A stretch of 64,000 bases of DNA, taken from the NCBI GenBank assembly GCA_965242925.1, contig CBDEUM010000038.1:96001-160000 (forward strand). Direction: 5' to 3'. Below are positions 55,710 through 64,000 of the stretch, in pieces (the stretch's first letter is position 1; every line of letters begins with the position of its first letter). This DNA comes from Roseibacillus sp. (lineage in GTDB: Bacteria > Verrucomicrobiota > Verrucomicrobiia > Verrucomicrobiales > Akkermansiaceae). The position numbers and the translations under genes are program-made. Under the pieces are notes generated by a model that was not told the DNA's origin, searched no databases, and saw only the letters and a list, made by a program, of their open reading frames with translations.

Positions 55710-56801
55710 ATGAAATCGTTCGTCCTTGTCGCAGTCATCGCTTTTCTTGCCCTTCCTGTCCACGCCGATCGTTTCAAGGAGTGGGACCGGAACAAGGATG
55801 GGAAGCTCCAGAAGGAAGAACTGCCAACCAATGCGCGACGCCATTTTGAGAGGGTTGACGCCAACGGGGACGGGGTCATTTCCCTGGAGGAGCATCTCGC
55901 GTTCCTGAATCGGCGAAGTGGAGGGGGAGGGAAACAGCAGGCTCATCCGGATTACCGTACGGTGCGGAACCAGGACTACGTGGGAGAGGGCAATCAACGG
56001 CAGATGCTCGACCTCTTTCTGCCCCGGGAAAAATCCGATAAGCCCCGTCCGCTCGTGGTCTACATTCATGGTGGGGGCTGGAGGGCCGGAAGCAAGGAGG
56101 GTGGTTTCGGCCGGTTGCGCCCGTTTCTTGAGGAGACTGGGTTTGTGGGTGCGGCAATCAATTACCGACTGACCAACGAAGCCAGTTGGCCAGCCCAGAT
56201 TCACGATTGCAAGGCGGCCATTCGCTGGCTCAAGGCCCACGCCAGGGAGTATGGCTACGATGCCAGCCGGGTCGCGGTGTGGGGGACCAGTGCGGGGGGG
56301 CATCTCGTGGGAATGCTCGGGGTGTCCGGGGATGTGCCCGGACTGGAGGGGAAGCTTGGAAAGCACCTTGAGCAGGATTCAGGAGTGACCTGCGTGGTAA
56401 ATTATTTCGGACCTTCGAACCTGCTGACCATGGACGATTATCCCAGTTCGATCAAACACAGCGCAGCGGACTCGCCGGAAGGGAAACTGGTGGGAGGAGT
56501 CCTGCAGGAGATGAAGAAGGTGACGGTCAACGCCTCCCCGGTCACTCACGTGAGCGCGGGAGATGCTCCCATGCTGCTCGCGCATGGAACGAGGGACAAA
56601 CTGGTTCCCTACCAGCAATCCGTGGAGTTCAGCGAGCGCCTCAGCAAAGAAGGGGTGGAGTTCGTATTCATCACCATGGATGGGGCGGGTCATGGCTTCC
56701 GCAGTGAGGAACTGACGAGGCGGGTGAGAGCCTTTCTCTCCATCCAGCTGATGGGGAAGCAAAGCAAGCTTTCCAGCGGGACGATTGCGGCCGGTAAGTG
56801 A
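55710..56801 (+). CDS. EF-hand-containing alpha/beta hydrolase (esterase/lipase)
   Basis: DRNKDG and DANGDG EF-hands; HGGGW, GTSAGG, HGTRD, GAGH. Confidence 0.9.
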   Translation: MKSFVLVAVIAFLALPVHADRFKEWDRNKDGKLQKEELPTNARRHFERVDANGDGVISLEEHLAFLNRRSGGGGKQQAHPDYRTVRNQDYVGEGNQRQMLDLFLPREKSDKPRPLVVYIHGGGWRAGSKEGGFGRLRPFLEETGFVGAAINYRLTNEASWPAQIHDCKAAIRWLKAHAREYGYDASRVAVWGTSAGGHLVGMLGVSGDVPGLEGKLGKHLEQDSGVTCVVNYFGPSNLLTMDDYPSSIKHSAADSPEGKLVGGVLQEMKKVTVNASPVTHVSAGDAPMLLAHGTRDKLVPYQQSVEFSERLSKEGVEFVFITMDGAGHGFRSEELTRRVRAFLSIQLMGKQSKLSSGTIAAGK

Positions 56802-56828
56802 AGAGAGGCTCACCCGGAAGCGGGGAGC

Positions 56829-57683
56829 CTACAGGTGGCCGAGCAGGGACTCGATCATGGCCTGAGCCTGGCGGGCATAACTGCCTCCGAAGAGGACGGC
56901 ATGATTGAGGACATGGTAGAGATTGTAGAGTTCCACCCGCACTTCGTGGCCGGGGGGGAGGGGCCACGCTTCCTGATAGGCCTGGTAGAACGACGGGGCA
57001 AAGCCACCGAAGAGCCTTGTCATGGCGAGATCAGCCTCCCGGTCTCCAAAGTAGACGGCGGGGTCGAAGATGACGGGATCTCCCTCCTCCAGGGTCCCGG
57101 CGTTGCCGCTCCAGAGGTCACCGTGCAGGAGGGATGGGGGAGGGGGCTCTTCGAAAAAGCGATCGAGATGATCGAGGAGGGTGTCGGCACCGTGAAAGGA
57201 GAATCCGCAGTCCCCGGCCAACCGGAGCATATGGCCGAGTCGTTGCTCCCGGAGAAAATCGACCCACGAATCCGTTGGCGCATTCGGTTGCCTGGTGGCG
57301 CCGATGAAGTTGTCCCGTTCCCAGCCGAAGTATTCTGCAGTTGTCCGGTGAAGCTCAGCCAGTTGCTGACCGAGCCTGGCCTGGGAGGAGGAGCAGGCTC
57401 TTCCGAATGGGAGGAACTCCAGGACGAGAAACGCCTGCCCCGGGGATGTCCCGGAACAGATCGGTTGCGGCACCCGGACGGTTCCAGTGGTGTGCAGGGC
57501 ATCGAGGCCGAGGCGTTCCACCTCGAACATGTCGAGGCGGTCGGGAGCATTGCTTTTGACGAAATAGTTCCCGAGTCGAAAAGTCTCGTTAATGCAACCT
57601 CCCCCGATTGCCTGTGGAGATTCCGTAGGTTCTTGTCCGGTCTCCTCCGCGATGGCCCTGCGGATTGCGTCGAGGTCGCTCAT
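56829..57683 (-). CDS. Fructosamine/ketosamine-3-kinase family protein
   Basis: GGGCIN, FVK, NFIGAT.QPN, LLHGDLWSGN, FDPA, EADLAM. Confidence 0.93.
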   Translation of the reverse strand: MSDLDAIRRAIAEETGQEPTESPQAIGGGCINETFRLGNYFVKSNAPDRLDMFEVERLGLDALHTTGTVRVPQPICSGTSPGQAFLVLEFLPFGRACSSSQARLGQQLAELHRTTAEYFGWERDNFIGATRQPNAPTDSWVDFLREQRLGHMLRLAGDCGFSFHGADTLLDHLDRFFEEPPPPSLLHGDLWSGNAGTLEEGDPVIFDPAVYFGDREADLAMTRLFGGFAPSFYQAYQEAWPLPPGHEVRVELYNLYHVLNHAVLFGGSYARQAQAMIESLLGHL

Positions 57684-57684
57684 C

Positions 57685-58185
57685 TCAGGAGAATTGGGCC
57701 TCGATATGAGCAAGCACTCCCTGGCAACCATCCTCGATGAGATCCGCCACCAGCTCGAATCCCGAGGAGCCCCCATAGTAGGGATCAGGAACTTCGCTCG
57801 CCTCGTGGTTCTCACAGAAGTCGGTGAAAGGCTTCACCTTTGCACGGGCCGACGCATCGGGAGCGACAGAGAGGACTTCCTGCCGGTTGAAGTCGTCCAT
57901 GGTGAGGATGAGATCGAAATCCCCGAAGTCCTCCCGGGTGATCTGCCGGGCCGCCCCCCGCACGGTGAGGCCACGCCGCTCGAGGGTGTCCCGCATGCGG
58001 GTGTCGGGTGATTTGCCGGCATGGGCATCGATGGTTCCGGCCGAGTCGCATTCGATCCGGTGAGACAGAGTGCTCTCGGCCATGAGGTGACGGAAGACGT
58101 TTTCTCCGGCAGGAGAGCGGCAGATATTTCCCCAGCAGACGAAGAGGACGCGGAAGGTTCGATCATTCGGCACGCCAGGGACCAT
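57685..58185 (-). CDS. Low-molecular-weight protein tyrosine phosphatase
   Basis: VCWGNICRSP, DSAGT, VPDPYYG. Confidence 0.94.
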   Translation of the reverse strand: MVPGVPNDRTFRVLFVCWGNICRSPAGENVFRHLMAESTLSHRIECDSAGTIDAHAGKSPDTRMRDTLERRGLTVRGAARQITREDFGDFDLILTMDDFNRQEVLSVAPDASARAKVKPFTDFCENHEASEVPDPYYGGSSGFELVADLIEDGCQGVLAHIEAQFS

Positions 58186-58333
58186 GGTGGGTGGTGGTTG
58201 AACTGACAAGAGTGGTGGGTTCTCTCCTCCGCATGGCCAGCGGGAGCCGGAATTCCATGGCAGAGACTGGTTCTCGGCACAACTTTGTAACTTTTTGTTC
58301 GTCATCGAGTTCTATTGGGCGCATTTATGGGCT

Positions 58334-59734
58334 ATGAAACCGAATATACTGATCGCGGTGGCAGCCCTTCTGATTGGTGGGGCCGGTGGATATATGATGG
58401 GAACCGGTGACGATAAGGGCAAGGGAACCGAATCCGGGCAGACCGGTGATCGCCCCTCTCGTTCCGCCGTCACGGGAAGATCCGGAGGAACCTCTGGATC
58501 GGCGGTGCCGGCGCCTTCGCGGGGTGGCAAGTCGTCGGGTGGACTGCGCGAGATTCTGGCCGAACCAGGCCAGACCAACCGCATTATGAGCCTGCTTGAG
58601 TACTACGCCGAGCTCGATCCGGATCAATTTGAGTCCGAGGTCCAGAAGTTGCAGGGGCTGCCCATGTCGCAGCGCATGCTGGCGATGAACCTGCTCTTCT
58701 CGCGCTGGGCGGAAACCGATCCCAAGGGAGCATTGGAGCAGAGCCGCCAGATGGGCTTCCCCGAAATGTTCATGGCGCGGGCCGGAGCGGTCTCCGGTTG
58801 GGCGGCTTCAAACCCGGAGGGACTGGCCCGGGAGTATACCAGTAATCCGGACGATTTCCGTATGGGCCCCGGCGGTCGCGGGAGCGGCGACACAGTGTCC
58901 ATGATTGCGGGCGAGTGGGCCAAGCAGAATCCTGAAGCCGCGCTCAAGTGGGTGCGAACCCTTGATGAGCGGGAGACTGCAGACGGTATTTCAGGAATTT
59001 TTAATGAGTTGTCACAGCAGGACCCCCAGGAAGCCCTGAGAATGGCGGCAACGCTTGGTGACAATGATAGAGGTGATGCGTATGAATCAATTGCAGAGTC
59101 GTGGGCCATTAGTGATTACGCCGCCGCAGACCGGTGGATCAATAGCTTGAGTAGCGAAGAGCAGGGGAAGGTCCGCTTCGCGGCCATTGAATCTCTGGCG
59201 AATGTCAGTCCTCCTCAGGCGGCTCGGGAAACCGCGAAACTTCCAGCGAGCGAAGAGCGTGATGAACTTGTAGCCGAAGTTAGCAGGGAGTGGGCCCGTC
59301 AGGATGCCCCGGCGGCTTTTGACTGGTTGACCGAATCAGGGAGCGACAGTGCGGTGGAAGAGGGTATTGGGCGCGTTGTTGGTGCCCTTGCCCGGGAAGA
59401 TCCCGAACGTGTCCTCGAGTATATCGATTCGCAGTCCGCCGGTGAAGTCCGGGACAATGCGGTGCAGGGATACGTCTATGGGAACCGGGATGCCCCGCCG
59501 GCGGAGACAATCAGACTGGCCGAAACCATTTCTGGAGAGGAGAGCCGACAGCGGGCGGTAACCAGGGTGGCGTATGAATGGGCCCGCGAGGATCCCCAGG
59601 CCACCCTGCAATATCTCGAGACCACCGAGGCCATCGGTGAGGAATCGCGGGAAAGAATCTCTGAAATGGCTGAACGGGCCGCGGCCGGGGAAGAGGTTGG
59701 CCGAGGCGGCTTCAGGGGTCCCGGTCGCCGGTAG
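58334..59734 (+). CDS. Membrane-anchored alpha-helical repeat protein
   Basis: N-terminal TM helix, G/S-rich linker, about 9 WAxxDPxxA-type repeats. Confidence 0.75.
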   Translation: MKPNILIAVAALLIGGAGGYMMGTGDDKGKGTESGQTGDRPSRSAVTGRSGGTSGSAVPAPSRGGKSSGGLREILAEPGQTNRIMSLLEYYAELDPDQFESEVQKLQGLPMSQRMLAMNLLFSRWAETDPKGALEQSRQMGFPEMFMARAGAVSGWAASNPEGLAREYTSNPDDFRMGPGGRGSGDTVSMIAGEWAKQNPEAALKWVRTLDERETADGISGIFNELSQQDPQEALRMAATLGDNDRGDAYESIAESWAISDYAAADRWINSLSSEEQGKVRFAAIESLANVSPPQAARETAKLPASEERDELVAEVSREWARQDAPAAFDWLTESGSDSAVEEGIGRVVGALAREDPERVLEYIDSQSAGEVRDNAVQGYVYGNRDAPPAETIRLAETISGEESRQRAVTRVAYEWAREDPQATLQYLETTEAIGEESRERISEMAERAAAGEEVGRGGFRGPGRR

Positions 59735-59805
59735 AATCCCCGGGAGAGAATGCGATAAAGTTTCTTCCGCTCTGGCAGGGTCTTGTTAGGATCAGCAGGT
59801 AACAG

Positions 59806-60288
59806 ATGACCAGCGCGAACAATCTTTCTGAGGAACAGATCACGGCCATCAGGCAATGGGCCGAAGAGGGTTCCGAGCTTGCCGATATCCAGAAAAGTCT
59901 CAAGGGGCAGTTCGGGGTGAACGTGACCTATATGGATACCCGGATGATCGTTCTTGATCTCGGCATCGAGCTCAAGTCTGAATCCGTTGAGGAGGAAGCG
60001 CCTTCCGAACCGGAGGGGAATGAGCCCGTTGCCGATGAGGAGGTCGAGATTATCGATCCGGGACAGGCGGAATCTCCGGCTGGTCCGGTCCAGGTGGCCA
60101 CCGATGAAATCCCGCGCCCGGGTGCAGTCATCAGCGGTAGCGTCACTTTCAGCGATGGCGAGAAGGCGAGCTGGATGATTGATGAATTAGGGCGCCCCGG
60201 GATCGAGCCTGAAACCTCCGGCTACCAGCCGACGGAAGCGGATCTCAGCGAGTTCGAGAAGCATCTCCGGGCCCTGCTGGAAGGCTAG
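59806..60288 (+). CDS. Hypothetical protein (HTH-like N-terminus, acidic linker)
   Basis: 160 aa ORF in a co-directional run; no family recognised. Confidence 0.7.
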   Translation: MTSANNLSEEQITAIRQWAEEGSELADIQKSLKGQFGVNVTYMDTRMIVLDLGIELKSESVEEEAPSEPEGNEPVADEEVEIIDPGQAESPAGPVQVATDEIPRPGAVISGSVTFSDGEKASWMIDELGRPGIEPETSGYQPTEADLSEFEKHLRALLEG

Positions 60289-60297
60289 AGTGAGAGG

Positions 60298-60849
60298 GTG
60301 ATCCCATGGCGGCGAAGGTGCTTTGTAATCCTGGTTGACGGGGTGGAGGAGATCGAGCTGGTCACTCCGGTTGATATCCTGCGACGGGCTGGTGCAGAGG
60401 TCGTGATGGCCACTTCAGGTACCGGGGGAGAGGTAGTGGGGAAAATGGGGATCAGGATCAGAGCCGATGCGTTTCTTTCCGGTATCGATCCCTCGGCGTT
60501 TGATGCCCTCCTTCTGCCGGGTGGTCCGGCAGTGGCCGTGCTCAGGAAAGAGGAGGGGATGGTGTCCCTGGTCCGTTCCTTCGGAGACGCGGGCAAGGTG
60601 GTAGCCGGAATCTGCGCCGCTCCTCTGCTCCTGCACGATGCAGGTCTCCTGGAGGGCAGGCGTTATACCGCTCACTTCACCACTCACAAGGAACTCAAGG
60701 CCGCGGAGGGGGAGGAACGGGTCATCGTCGACGGTTCACTGGTGACTTCCCGGGGAGCGGGAACGGCCGTCGAATTTGGTCTCGCCCTGGCGGCGCTCCT
60801 GGAGGGGAAGGAGGCTGTGAAGGAAGTGGCCGAAGCCATCATGGCCTAG
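60298..60849 (+). CDS. DJ-1/PfpI (YajL/ThiJ-like) protein
   Basis: GVEEIE, LPGG, ICAAP nucleophile, TSRGAGT. True start probably ATG 60306 (see findings). Confidence 0.9.
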   Translation: MIPWRRRCFVILVDGVEEIELVTPVDILRRAGAEVVMATSGTGGEVVGKMGIRIRADAFLSGIDPSAFDALLLPGGPAVAVLRKEEGMVSLVRSFGDAGKVVAGICAAPLLLHDAGLLEGRRYTAHFTTHKELKAAEGEERVIVDGSLVTSRGAGTAVEFGLALAALLEGKEAVKEVAEAIMA

Positions 60850-60891
60850 GGCTTCGGATGGATGGTGCGGCGGCCGGGGCCGGCCTGTTCC

Positions 60892-64000
<3,109 letters not shown>

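Noticed and set aside
34380..56801. Cassette as a mobile element or prophage
   Set aside because: No integrase, transposase, tRNA site or flanking direct repeats found.

Overview
High-GC bacterial chromosome segment, most likely Verrucomicrobiota (inferred from PVC-type gene families and a TGTTC-N4-GAACA-type box at lexA). About 45 CDS; I found no rRNA, tRNA, CRISPR, transposase or integrase. The left half (0-34 kb) is mostly housekeeping: a Fe3+/thiamine-type ABC transporter, fused L-serine dehydratase, lysA, two tandem type II glutamine synthetases behind a small kinase-PP2C fusion, rex, an ECF sigma/anti-sigma pair, mgtE, a large GH13 protein, ftsY, bioF and lexA. From 34.5 to 56.8 kb is an all plus-strand run of exported enzymes: three sulfatases (one fused to a lactonase), two PVC-type dehydrogenase-like propellers, ggt, a DUF1549/DUF1553 + DUF1501 pair, a propeller-SIS fusion and an esterase. 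The right end has a fructosamine kinase/LMW-PTP pair, a DJ-1 gene and thiC with a TPP riboswitch. Best candidates for something new: (1) the kinase-phosphatase + dual GSII locus with separate sigma54 and sigma70 promoters; (2) a shared ~75-aa 'S.DL..W...F(Y/F)RL' domain on three exported proteins; (3) the sulfatase-lactonase/dehydrogenase cassette; (4) a YfbK-like anti-sigma lacking its VWA core. Several frameshifts at short homopolymers look like sequencing errors. All calls are by eye from motifs; no searches were run.
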